Shown: positions 38,382 through 49,950, counted from the stretch's first letter. The stretch: DNA of 64,000 nucleotides from Octopus sinensis (GCF_006345805.1 NC_042998.1:83204001-83268000), one strand, 5' to 3'. The notes: generated from the letters alone by a model not told the origin. Translations and numbers: made by a program.

Positions 38382-39069
38382 CAGTGGCCACAAAGTCACA
38401 CACCACAGGAGATATCAAGTATGCTTTATTAGCAATGAAGTAGGTAATCCATTACAAATGTTCAAAGTGTTGGCCGTGTAGCTCTAAACAAGTGTTCATA
38501 CAACATTTGAAATTGCAATGAACCCTCTCAAATAGCTCTTCATTGCCGTTGACTTGTTCACATGTTTCAACAATTCTTTGAAGAAGATGTCCTTGGTCAT
38601 GAATCTTTTCACAATACACAAGGGATTTAATGTAGTCTCAGAAGAAAATGTCCATGGGAGTTAAATCTGGTGACTGTGGTACCCATTCAATTGGCCCGCA
38701 ACACCTGAGCCATCTTCCTGGAAAATATTCATTCAGAAAATCGCGAGCCTGTAATGCATAATGGGGAAGGGCCCCATCCTGCTGAAACCAGACAGGATTT
38801 CCCCTTCCATGTGAATGCACGTGAGGCTCATCTTGTTGCCAAGCATGTCCAGATATGAATCACCTGTCACATAGCCCTCAAAATAATATGGTCCAATTAC
38901 TTGATTGTGCCAAATCCCACACCACACCGTTACCTTGCCCCTGCCTTTTTTATTATCTGCCCCCATCCAATGAGAATTGGCTTGTGAGTAATACTGGCAG
39001 TCAAGATAAGAAAAGAGAATGCTAGCAATTTCACATATTGCAGGATGGTATATTACTTTATGGCCACCT
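38382..39069 (-). mobile_element. Internally deleted Tc1/mariner-superfamily transposon with transposase remnant
   Basis: Imperfect TIRs cagtggccacaaagtcacacacca (38382) / tggtatattactttatggccacc (39045-39068), TA on the left. Minus-strand remnants VTVWCGIW...IGPYYFEG.VTGDSYLDML, WFQQDGALPHY, WVPQSPDLTPMD and C-terminal GQHFEHL*. Confidence 0.85.
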
Positions 39070-39090
39070 TTTGTGTGTGTGTGTGTGTAT

Positions 39091-39124
<34 letters not shown>

Positions 39125-39548
39125 CTTCATACATACATATATTTAAATTTCATTTTTGATTTAGTTCATAATTATAAAATATTAATCAAAATCTTCTTGC
39201 GAAAAAAAAAAGGAAAAAAAAAGGACAGCTATTGTTTACTATGTCAGTGTTTCCACATTTTAAGGAAACAGATCATTAAATTTTAAATACTACTGAGATT
39301 TAATTTTAAAAAGCAATGTATGTGCTCTTGGAAATCAGAATGTTTTCAACCAGATTTAATTTTAGTTCTTATAATAGATAATTATTGGATATTCCTGAGT
39401 AGTTATAATCAAGTGTATCATTAACATCAGTTGTCTAAATGAAAGATTTTCCTTATTCTTATTATTATTGGCATAGTTGTATTACCAGTGATTAGATATG
39501 TGATTCCACCTCTGGCAAGTAGCATGTTATAATTGTCTTGCTACAAAG

Positions 39549-39950
39549 GCACATGTATGGCTGTGCAGTTAATAAGCTCACTTTGCAACCATGTGGTTTT
39601 GGGTTCAGTTCCACTGTGCAGCACCTTAAACAAATATCTTGTACTATAGCCCCAGGCTAACCATTGCTTTGTGAGTGTATTTAGTAGATGGAAACTGTGA
39701 AAGCCAGCTGTGTGTGTGTGTGTATTCATGTATGTGTGTTGTTGTTTGGCCACCATCACAGTTTGACAACCAGTATTGGTTTGTTAACATCCTCGTAGCT
39801 TAGTGGTTTGGCAAAAGAGACCAATGGAATGAGTACTTGACTTTAAAAAATTAAAATAAGTGCTACGAGTTGATTTGTTCCAGTAAACTTGTCAGGTTGT
39901 GCTCCAGCATGGTCCCAGTCCAATGACTGAACAAAGTAAAAGAAAAGATA
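39549..39950 (+). mobile_element. SINE family A, older
   Basis: Head ggctgtgcagttaataag...gggttcagttcc, tail gtccaatgactgaacaaagtaaaag. Confidence 0.8.
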
Positions 39951-42900
39951 AAAAAGAAATAAAAGATGATCTTTTAATTACACTGAGGCAATTTTTTTTG
40001 TTATTGTTATTTTTCTACCATTTTTTCCTGGGGTTTAGAAAGATTTTTTTTGATGGAGACAACATATGATGACATTCCAAACAATACATCATTCATCTCA
40101 AACAACCGTATGGAGCCTCTGCATAATTACTTCTACTACTGGAAATAACAATAAATCTCCTTCAAATTGTGTCTCGCCATTTTGAATATGGCAGACTACA
40201 CTGGAAAATGTAGTTCTAGAGACACAATTTCTCTTTTTTTTTATGTGTCAGACCTGAAGATTCATGATTTTTCTTGGAGGAAGATACAGCAGTGTCTCCT
40301 TCTGCTGGTTTATTTTCAGTTCCTTCTCCTTATCTCTTGTTCTCCTGAGATTCTCTTTACAAGCTTATTTAACCCTTGGGCAGAAGAACTGGTTCACATG
40401 ACAGCAAGGCATGTCCATACATCAGTGGGCCTGTGTGACACAAGTCTAAGAGCTAGCCCTTATTCAAGTCCTGTATATCTCAGGCACACAACCATGTTCT
40501 GTTATTTAACCCATATCTGGACCCTCTGACTGGTAATATCACCCCAGGCTTGAACAGACCATGTAGTTGTGGTGACTAAAGGATAACTCCATACTCTCCA
40601 AAACTTCTGAACTCTTCCAGATGATGTTTCATGTCTTGCCCTTAGAAAGAAGATAGAATGTTAATGGCTGAAACACTTTTGTTTACAGTTTCTATTCCAT
40701 TGGGATTGAGCTGGAGCAAAACAATGACAGTCTGACTGTAGCTAGTCTACTTCTTAGCAACATGCCACAAACTTTTGTATTCAAAAAGTTTAGGTTTTTC
40801 ACTATTTCCTTATGCCACTGGCCTACTACTGTTTGGTTTTCTAACTTTAATGTTCTGAAGATCTTGGTAAACTTTGCCATAAATTTCATATCAAATTTTA
40901 ACAGAAGCAATTGTTAATTAGATACAGTATCAGACAGCCCTTGGTACACTCTAATATGTTCTTTCACACAACACACTATTTTCTATAGTCTGTTTTTTTT
41001 TTTTTTGTTTATTTCTTCCTTCCATCTGTGTCTCTCGAAACATATGTTAGACAACATTGTGAGAGTATCGATCAATATTTCATTTACTTCCAGCAATTGT
41101 AATAATCTGCTGATTGCTCCCCTTAATTACTAATTAGAGGTATCCATCGTCAAATTAGCTAACTCCTGGAATAACTTTCATTCATCTGCTGTGGTATCAT
41201 TAGAATGTTTTTCACAATGTATGAAGCCATTCCAAATGAAATGCTATGCTTTTGCATGGTCGTCAACATAATGTTGCTGTTTTGCCTTCTACATATTTAT
41301 CAACGCTTATTTATTTCTGTATTCTCTTGTGGTTCTTTTAAAAAACAATTTCTTACATAAGGATATTCTTCAATCCCAAAATGAAGTGCAGTACATTTTC
41401 AAGAGAAGGACTTACAGCAATTCTGCAATATTCTTCATATTGTTCTTGGAAAAAAACGTTTCCTCTCTTTGCCTGCCTCTTTTTTCATTGTTAATTTATT
41501 TATTCTAATTCTGACAATATTTAGAAAATGTCTGGCTTGTTTCTAGCATGGCATACTCTTTTCAACAATCTCATTCCCCACCTTGCTGTGTTTTTATGTA
41601 TGAAATCAACATCCTGTTGTACTCCTTCATATTTTCCATTCTGTTCCCTTAGATTTTATATAAAAATCTAATGTGTGGATGTGTATACACACATACATAT
41701 GGAAGAGAAATTATGACAAAAAGAGAAGGTATACTAAACATAAGATGCAATTTATATCATTTGTTCCCTACACAAGTTTCACAATTGTGGTTATTTGCAA
41801 CCTCTGTATTGGATGCTCTCAGTACAATTGGATGTTGAGCCATGGCAGCTCATCAGGGGAACACTCTATTGCATTATGTTACACAAATCAAAATGCCTAT
41901 ATTCTACATGGAGCTTGAAATTCATCAGTGGCAGCGGTATATCTAAATGCACCCACAACATACTAATATACATACATACATTTATGTATGTGTGTGTGTG
42001 TATAAAGTGGGATGTATAAAATATGCTATTCTAGCTGAAATGAATTTTTTAATCTTTCTACAGTAATTCTTTCCAAACTATTCTACTGTTGTACCACCTA
42101 CATGTGAATATTTTCTTAGTGATCAAGTTTTAAGAAAATAAAACATACTTTTCAAAAGGATTTGAAAGAAGAATGTAAATTAGTAATCTTAAACAATGGC
42201 AATATAATGTAAAGAATTGTTGTTGATTATTCCAACAGATCATTGCAATTTTCTTTTTCTTTTTGTCCCCGCTTCCTACTTTAACAATTATCTTCTTCCA
42301 TCTTTTCTCCATGTTAGGTTGTTAGGTGAATCTCTTTTCTCCTAGAATGACAAATGGAAAAGACAGTTATGTAGTTCTTCCACACTCTATTATATATACA
42401 TATGTTTGTGTCATATCACGTCTATATTACATTATAACAAATGATTTTATTTTTTTTATAGACGACGAAGCAAAATGATTCTTTTTGAATCACAGTATTT
42501 TCATCATCACATGCGTCATTGTTGTTTGTTTTTGTTGGGTTTTTTTTCTTTGGAAGTTTTATAAGATATATTTATTCAATTAGCCTGCAAGCAAGATCGT
42601 GTGATAACTATAGTCATATTATTATAGTAGGCAGTCATGTCACGAACATCCCACTGTAAATATTGGTAACAGTTGAAATTACAAACCATAGGAAGAATTG
42701 TCAAGCTTTCTAATAGTAACTTTATTGATTTTTTTTTTCTTTTTCCAATTCTTTCAAGACTAGGAATCAAGATGAAGTGAATAACAGCTAATTTTATTTC
42801 TCCATAGTCAATAAACATCTGGCTAGCTACCCATAGATATTGAATGTAAAATCCATTTAGTGTTTATCATCATTTCATTTGTAGTGTTAATTACTGTTAA

Positions 42901-44554
42901 AACAATGCAAATAATTTAGATATCAGTCATAGTAGAATTTATTTAGTTAACATTTATTTTTTAGTTTTTCTCTTTTTTTTGGTAGGATGTAAGTTATGAA
43001 GACATGGTTTGGAATTTAGAGATTATTTTGGAATATTACTTATTTGCCTCACATAAATTTGTCTTTTCTTTTCTTTTTATTTCATGCAATATAAGTTATC
43101 TACACAGAAAAATACCGCTTCAAGTAATGTTAGCACATGAAAATGATAAGAGCCAGGAAACAAAAATATTCATATTGAAGGGTATCATAAGAAAATCGAT
43201 AAATTAAATAATATATAGTTATGAACTATTGCATCATCAGATGTTTTGAACCTTGGAAGGAAGTTTCACTGGACCAATCAATTGTTTATTGAATTTTTAA
43301 GTAAGAGAAGGTTAAGAAGGAAGTGTGTTATGCTTTTGGCTCTTGATTAATTGTATCTCATTTTACAAGATACATCTAACTACAGCTTCTCACTAATTGA
43401 TCTGTAGTCATATGAATGGATGAAGCAAGTGCTTATCTAGTATTGACTTGGTATCCAATAAGGAGAGAAGGCATGTACAGTTTTGAAGGCATTTCACTAT
43501 TTTATGCTGCTATGATTTGTATGCATTCTATAAAGCACTGTTGTTGCAACAGTCTGCTTTCTGTAATGTAAACTTCATATGCACAATCCTGAGAGCTCAG
43601 ATATGGAACCAAGTTGAATTAGATTGATGTTGAAATGTGAAGTATTTGTTCAGTGTAGATGGCAAACCATATGATTTTTATCAGATTTGTGCTTTATAAG
43701 ATAGTTTATTCTTTCTTTGAAATCCACCTTGATTGTAATTTATGTCTGTTAATGGCAGTAGGGAAAGTGTTTAATTCAAGCTAATTTTATTGTGTGTGTA
43801 TGTGGTTTTAAGTACAAGCTGCTGTAGTAATAATACTTGTTTAAAGAAATTGGTCTGTCTCCTGACTTTGGCAGCAGCTTGTCATAGTTTCAATAGTGTT
43901 TAAATGGTTGAGAGTATAAGACTATCCCTTGCACAGTGTGTTAGCCTAGTGAAAGGTTATTCCTTGGCTATCACTGATGCTCATTTTTAGTTGAGTGGAC
44001 TGAGCAACATGAAATATTATGAGGCAAACACCTAAAGTACCAGGCTATGTGCTTTCATGTAGTATAGTGCTATTAGTTGTGGTGGTAGTAGTAATAGTAG
44101 TAGGAGGAGTTGTAATAGTGGTAGTATTAGTGGTCGTGGTAATAGTAGCAGCAATAGTAGTGATGCAGATTTGAATTACACATGAGCAGATGTTGCAATA
44201 TTGCATTGCTATTGTAGAAAAACTACTTAAGTTAAAACTACAACAGTGATGATGCACTAATGATGACAATACTGTCAAAAAGAATGCATGATGTACTTCT
44301 TTTTAATTTTTTAATTTTTATTTTTACCTTTAATACTGATGCAAACCTTTCAGGTGTTCAGTGAATTTTGAAAATAAGATTAAGAGAGCTCACATGAAAA
44401 CATTTTCTGTTCTGTTCAGCAGTTTTTTTTCTCTATATTTTATATTTTAAAAAATGTCATTTCATGTTGACATTTTATTTTGTCTATTTCTATTTTCTTT
44501 TTTTAATGAATTTTATCAATATTTTATGTATTTCATCTTATATCTAATTTCCTT

Positions 44555-44563
<9 letters not shown>

Positions 44564-44634
<71 letters not shown>
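44564..44634. repeat. (TCTA)n microsatellite flanked by (CT)n
   Basis: Direct reading. Confidence 0.95.
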
Positions 44635-44635
<1 letters not shown>

Positions 44636-44777
44636 CTCTCTCTCATCCTCCTATTTTTGTCTTTGTCTCTACTTTTCCTTCTTTTCTTGCTTTTTCTCTT
44701 TCTAATGATGTTTGCATTTACTTTTTAAAATTGATAAAATTATGATTTTTAGGTTATAAGTTTCTGAATAATCTACA

Positions 44778-44823
44778 TATCTATATATCTATATATATAT
44801 ATATATGTGTGTATATATATACA

Positions 44824-44881
<58 letters not shown>
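44778..44881. repeat. (TA)n microsatellite
   Basis: Direct reading. Confidence 0.9.
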
Positions 44882-44886
<5 letters not shown>

Positions 44887-45084
44887 AAAATATGGCAGCT
44901 TCAAAAGCTCATTTTCTTTTTCTTAATTCTCTGCAATTTTTTAATTTAAATTTGCTAATTATTTCTTTTTGAAATCAAACTAGAATATAAAATAAAATCA
45001 ATACCTAATGATAATTCTTCTTTATTTTGTCTTTTTTTATGTCAAAATCTTTTTCTTACTGATATCCTTTCTATTTTCCCAAAG

Positions 45085-45117
45085 CCTGACCCTTACATGA
45101 ACCCTGTTTTGGTGGAG
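45085..45117 (+). CDS. SH3GLB1: Candidate 33-nt alternative exon of endophilin-B: PDPYMNPVLVE
   Basis: Upstream ttactgat plus pyrimidine tract, acceptor cccaaAG, donor GAG|GTAGCT (weak). Open and phase 0/0, with TGCATG at 45230-45235. Confidence 0.5.
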
Positions 45118-45729
45118 GTAGCTATCACTGTTGTTGATCTCTCAAAACTGTCTTGTCCAATTTTCTTTTTGTTTTTTTTTTTTTCTGTACTTGCTTATAT
45201 ATAAAACTTACATGAAAGAGATGCTAGCTTGCATGGACAGCCAATGATCTTGGTTAGTTTTTTTGACAGAAATCAACAACAATAACAGCAAAATGTTCAA
45301 TCAAGAACTGAGGTGTTGCTCTCTGTCAGCTGGTGACTGATCATACAATTTATGTACACACACTTACAGAACTAGTATTTATTAGATAATCATCGTTATA
45401 TATTTTCCTTTTAACATTTCTTTTATGTTAAATTATAGTATTACAGTTTGTAGAGAGTATTGTAACACATTTTGTCACCATCAATATTTTCCTTTCCGTT
45501 TTTTTTTTTAGTTTTTTCTTTTTTTTTTCTGTAAATAACCAGTCTGAAATTTATTTATCAAACTAATTACACAAGATTTGTTGCCATCAGTTTACAGTTT
45601 CACATACTTGAGTGTCACTATATTTTAATCAACCGCACTCATTAAATTTAATCCAACCAGTAATGGAAAAATATATGCATATATATGTATCATATAATAT
45701 AATATATCTCTTATTATAATATATTATAA

Positions 45730-45946
45730 GGCGGCGAGCTGGCAAAAACGTTAGCACGCCAGGCAAAATGCTTAGTGGTATTTCGTCTGTCTTTACATTC
45801 TAAGTTCAAACTCCACCAAGGTCAACTTTGCCTTTCATCCTTTTGGGAGTCGATAAATTAAGTACCAGTTGCATACTGAGGTTGATCTAATCAACTGGCC
45901 CCATCCTCATAAATTTCAGGCCTTGTGCCTAGAGTAGAAAAGATTA
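45730..45946 (+). mobile_element. tRNA-derived SINE family C (Meta-domain-like centre GCCTTTCATCCTTT..GGGTCGATAAA.TAAGTACCAG), young
   Basis: Head GGCGGCGAGCTGGCA, B-box-like AGTTCAAACTCC, tail GGCCTTGTGCCTAGAGTAGAAAAG. The domain name is from memory. Confidence 0.85.
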
Positions 45947-46344
45947 TATATATTATATTAGGTATTATATAATGTTATATAATATTATATATTATAATGT
46001 ATATATTATATATATTATGATATTGTATATATATTATATAATATATTATGTTATATATATGTATGTATTAATGAACTGGTTACAAATTTTGCAAAATAAA
46101 AACGTCTTATTCCTATTTTTGAAGATTTTGCTGATACTACTCTCTCGTTAAAAATAATTTGGAGATGAAATGGAGTTGACTATCATCAAAATCTTTTTTT
46201 CATGTTGTGCCTCAAGAACAGTTCACTTAGCAGAGCCTATCCCCAACAATCGATATTTTACAATAATACATCAACTTCCCTCATTTAAATTTCAATGTCA
46301 CATTAATTTATGTCCCGAAAATCAGCTTAATTATTCTTTTATTC

Positions 46345-46900
46345 TTTTACTTGTTTTTGTCATTTTGACTGCATCCATGTTGGAGCACCACCTTGAAGGG
46401 TTTTAGTCAAACAAATCAACCCCAGGACTTTTTTTTTTTTAAAGCCTAATATTTATTTTGTAGGAACTCCCAGGGATATATCAGGTAATTCTTTCATAAA
46501 TGTGTCCTTACCCCACAGCCAGTACGTTGTCATTAATCCACGACCTCTTACTTCTCTTTCCCCTCTACACTCTAATTTATAACCGCCTAAAGAATCAAGA
46601 ATTGCTGCAGTATTCTCGCTCACTTGAATGTGTAAGGTATAAGAACTAGACTAAGTTACAGGGACATAAGCACACAAACACTGGTTATCAAGTGATGATA
46701 GGAGACAAACACACACGCACACATATATATATATATGATGGGCCTCTTTCAGTTTCTATCCGCCAAATCCACATGCAAGGCTTTGGTTAGCCCAAGGATA
46801 TAGTAGAAGACACTTGCCCAAGGTGTCATGCAGTGGGACTGAATCTAGAACCATGAGACTGGGAAGCAAGTTTTTTACCACACAGTCACGCCTGCCCCTA
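46345..46900 (-). mobile_element. SINE family A interrupted by the guanylyl-cyclase fragment
   Basis: Tail half 46345-46455 and body/head half 46651-46900 are collinear with family A. About 25 nt of SINE are replaced. Confidence 0.88.
46453..46650 (-). pseudogene. Captured fragment of a guanylyl cyclase (class III cyclase catalytic-domain C-terminus), 65 codons plus TAA, embedded in a SINE
   Basis: Minus-strand reading SSSYTLHIQVSENTAAILDSLGGYKLECRGEREVRGRGLMTTYWLWGKDTFMKELPDISLGVPTK* has no stop or frameshift. It matches the receptor-GC pattern (MES...IH/QVSE.T...L...GGY.LE.RGE.EVKGKG.MTTYWL.GK). No start codon and no other GC exon recognised in the window. Confidence 0.88.
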
Positions 46901-47784
46901 TGCTTCATTATTTTTTAATATTAATTGAAATACAGTGGGTTTATTCCAATTGAAACATAGTAACGAAAACTGGGTTAAACTTCCCTGTCTGACTTGGTTC
47001 ACCAAAAATCTGTCACTGTTCTAAGATTTTAAATGATAAAGGTTTTTGATATATTAGAAAATGAAGGGGAGGACTCCACAATTCAAGAAAGTTCTTGGGA
47101 AACCAAGCATACTTTATTTAGATTATCTATGTCACTTAGGAAAGCAAGGATGTCTCGGTTTACCATATCTTTATCCCTAAAATTTCATACCTATGTGATA
47201 AACTTCTACTGGAAAATTGACTCATTCAGTTTCATGAGTCAATGAAATAGTGAAATGATTGACTTCAAGTGATATTGAACTACCAGCCCCTAGTTTTGAG
47301 TTCAAATCTACTGTGGGTATATAGTTATGGTTATGAGCAGAACACTTTAAGTATTCCTCACTTGGTGTATCTTGCCTGACTTTTATGAATATTTATCAGG
47401 TCATATAGAATTATTATTTAAAAGAAACTGCCATCTGTTGTTGAAGCTGATGCTTAACTTTGTATAGTTGAATTGGGAAAAATAAAAGCTCTGATTTCCA
47501 CTCTATGCCCTCATATCTCAAAGTTTCAAATTAATATTATTATTATTATTATTATTATTTTAGTGGTAGCCTCTGATTTCTTAGCTTTGTGGAGACCAAA
47601 CATGTAATTGCCAGTGATTTTGTATCTAAGTTTAATTATTTCTGGTGAATAATGCAGTTTTAAAAAATAAGTATTTTGCTTAATGCTAGTTATGTTCATT
47701 ATACTCATTGTAAGTATCGTTCGCTTTTGTTTTTTTTTACATATTCTTTTTAATTATCATTATCATGAAATAGGTTTTATGGAA

Positions 47785-47997
47785 TTGTAAAAAGCACCAT
47801 CCAAATGTGGTCGATGCCAGTGCTGCTTGACTGGCTCCTTTGCCAGTGGCACATAAAAAGCACCCACTGCACTCTCAGAGTGGCTGGCATTAGAAACATT
47901 CCCAGATCAGATTGGAGCCTGGTGTGGCCTCCTGGCTTGCCAGTCTCCAACCCATGCCAGCATGGAAAACAGACTTTAAACAATGATGATTATGATG
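47785..47997 (+). mobile_element. Short copy of the RTE 3' end
   Basis: taaaaagcacc...cccatgccagcatggaaa...gatgattatgatg. Confidence 0.85.
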
Positions 47998-48199
47998 TAT
48001 CCTATTGTTGGAAACTACTTATGCAGCATTATATTGTACTACTTGCCATTGCAAAAGCTTTGTTTTTAGGAGTATTATTAATTTAAATTATGCAGTATAT
48101 CGTTGAAAGATTTAAAAGCCAAGCAATGCAAACAGATTTTAAGAAGAGGTAACGCAAACTAAAAGTAAGTTACCTGGTAATTTTTGGTTGTTTATATAT

Positions 48200-48235
48200 C
48201 CAATATTTCGGGACATACAAGTCCCTTCTTCAGGG
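48200..48235 (-). ncRNA. Identical minimal hammerhead motif on the opposite arm
   Basis: Exact reverse complement of 48331-48366. Confidence 0.65.
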
Positions 48236-48330
48236 TTAAAAAGGAACTCTCCTTGGAAAGATATTTTTTGTCTGAGATAATTATTTTATCTCTGACAAAA
48301 AACATCTTTCCAAGAACAGTTCCTTTTTAA

Positions 48331-48366
48331 CCCTGAAGAAGGGACTTGTATGTCCCGAAATATTGG
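48331..48366 (+). ncRNA. Minimal type I hammerhead motif (Penelope-like-element type)
   Basis: CC-CTGAAGA-A-GGGAC ttgtat GTCCC-GAAA-TA-T-T-GG: core, 5-bp stem II with one extra A before it, palindromic ATAT in place of stem III, and only a 2-bp firm stem I. Confidence 0.65.
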
Positions 48367-49774
48367 ATATATAAACAACCAAAAATTACCAGGTAACTTT
48401 TAGTTTACGTTACCTCATCTTAAAATCTATTTGCATTGTTCGGCCTTTTAAATCTTTCAATGTTATATTCCATATACAATGCTTCAAGCAAACTATAAAA
48501 TCTTATACAGTATAATCCTTTATACTTCTTGTGGCAGATAGTGGCAGCATCTGAAATCGTGACCCAGTTTTCTGTTTCATTTGAATATATTTAACTTCAT
48601 TCACATAATAATCATCTTCAGATGCACATGAATGTCATAACCCTTCATTTCTTTCCTTTGGCTCACTGACTTCATGTCTCTGCGTGGATGTAGCATGGAA
48701 TGGGATTGATTCTACTTGGGTAAATTTCCCTTAAATTACATGACAAGTTTTTTGGGGCTTTTTCTGTCATACTCCCCACCAAATGTTTTAATATGTTACA
48801 GAATTTAAACATTGCTACTTCAGACATATTGGTTTTGTCATGTTGAAATGTCTCATATTTTTCTCATGATATCACCTTCATAGAAAATGACCATGCTAAA
48901 CACATTTGATTTATATATATGTGTGTGTGTCTGTCTGTCTGTCTGTCTCTGAGAATATGCATGCAATATAATGTGAAATTGCATATTCTGATGTTTCATA
49001 CTTACAAAAGAAACATTGAAATTAGACCAGAAACTGTTTCATGCCAGAAAACACATTTTCTAAGCAAAGACCTTTATGTTAACTTCCTTAAAGGAATAAT
49101 GTTTTATCATTACCTTCAATTTTTCATCTTACTGTTTGTCTTCACAACTTTTCCTTCTTTTATTGGTTATATTCAGAACTCCTTTTCAAATATTACTCTT
49201 ATTTATTTCTAGTTCTTTTGAAATAACATTTTTAAATCAGGGAGAGACACGTAGTTGAGGCTTATCATAAGGATCTATATTATTACTGAGGAAGATATTA
49301 TAATAAAGTCAATATAAAATAAGAGGAAGTTGTGATTGATAATTGCATGCAGTTGTAGGTAATAGATACGAGGTAGTAATAGTAAAGTTTGATATTATGT
49401 AGATGGTATGAGCAATATGTCATGGTTAATGAGTGGGTGGTGAAATGTGCGAGAATAGAGAAAGTGAAATGCATGTGTATGTATTTATTGGTGTGTGTGA
49501 GTGTATTTTGGAGAAAGTATGTTGAATATTTTTACTAGTAGGAACAGCTGTGGTTATGTGAAAGATTAACTGTTACTCACAAGTAAACCAAGAAATGGAA
49601 GTACCATGGTGTTATATAAATTCCGTTTACAGTGAACAGTGGGAATGAGCTGGAGAATTAAAATAGCAAGCCTCGGTATAAAGGATCCAGTATTGTTGCA
49701 TTGGTTGTCCAACAATGACCAGCCAACCTCCCACCAACTTTATTTGCTCATAAACATTTCATCCCTTAACACCC

Positions 49775-49950
49775 AAAAAGCACTGGTGCTGGTGTCATGT
49801 AAAAAGTACACTGTACACTCTATAAAGTGGTTGGCATTAAGAAGTCCATCCAGCTGTAGAAACCAAGCCAAAATAGATTATAGAACCTGGATTGGCCCCT
49901 TGGCCTTGGCAGATCCTGCGAAGTCATGCAAGCATAGAGAACAGACTTAA
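49775..49950 (+). mobile_element. Short copy of the RTE 3' end, degenerate
   Basis: gtggttggcattaagaagtccatccagctgtagaaacc. Confidence 0.7.

Larger units (their letters stand above)
48103..48460. mobile_element. About 360-bp near-perfect palindrome with outward-facing minimal hammerhead motifs; probably Penelope-like terminus derived
   Basis: Arms 48103-48280 and 48286-48460, 5-nt loop TTATT. An 82-bp stretch (48167-48248) is a perfect reverse complement of the right arm. Confidence 0.92.

Noticed and set aside
41020-41055. Half hammerhead motif CTCGAAAC-ATAT-GTT-AGACA, similar to the 3' half at 56444-56463
   Set aside because: No CTGANGA or stem II partner upstream. At most a remnant.
47690-47709. 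20-nt AG...GTAAGT exon-like segment
   Set aside because: Not frame-preserving and no pyrimidine tract.
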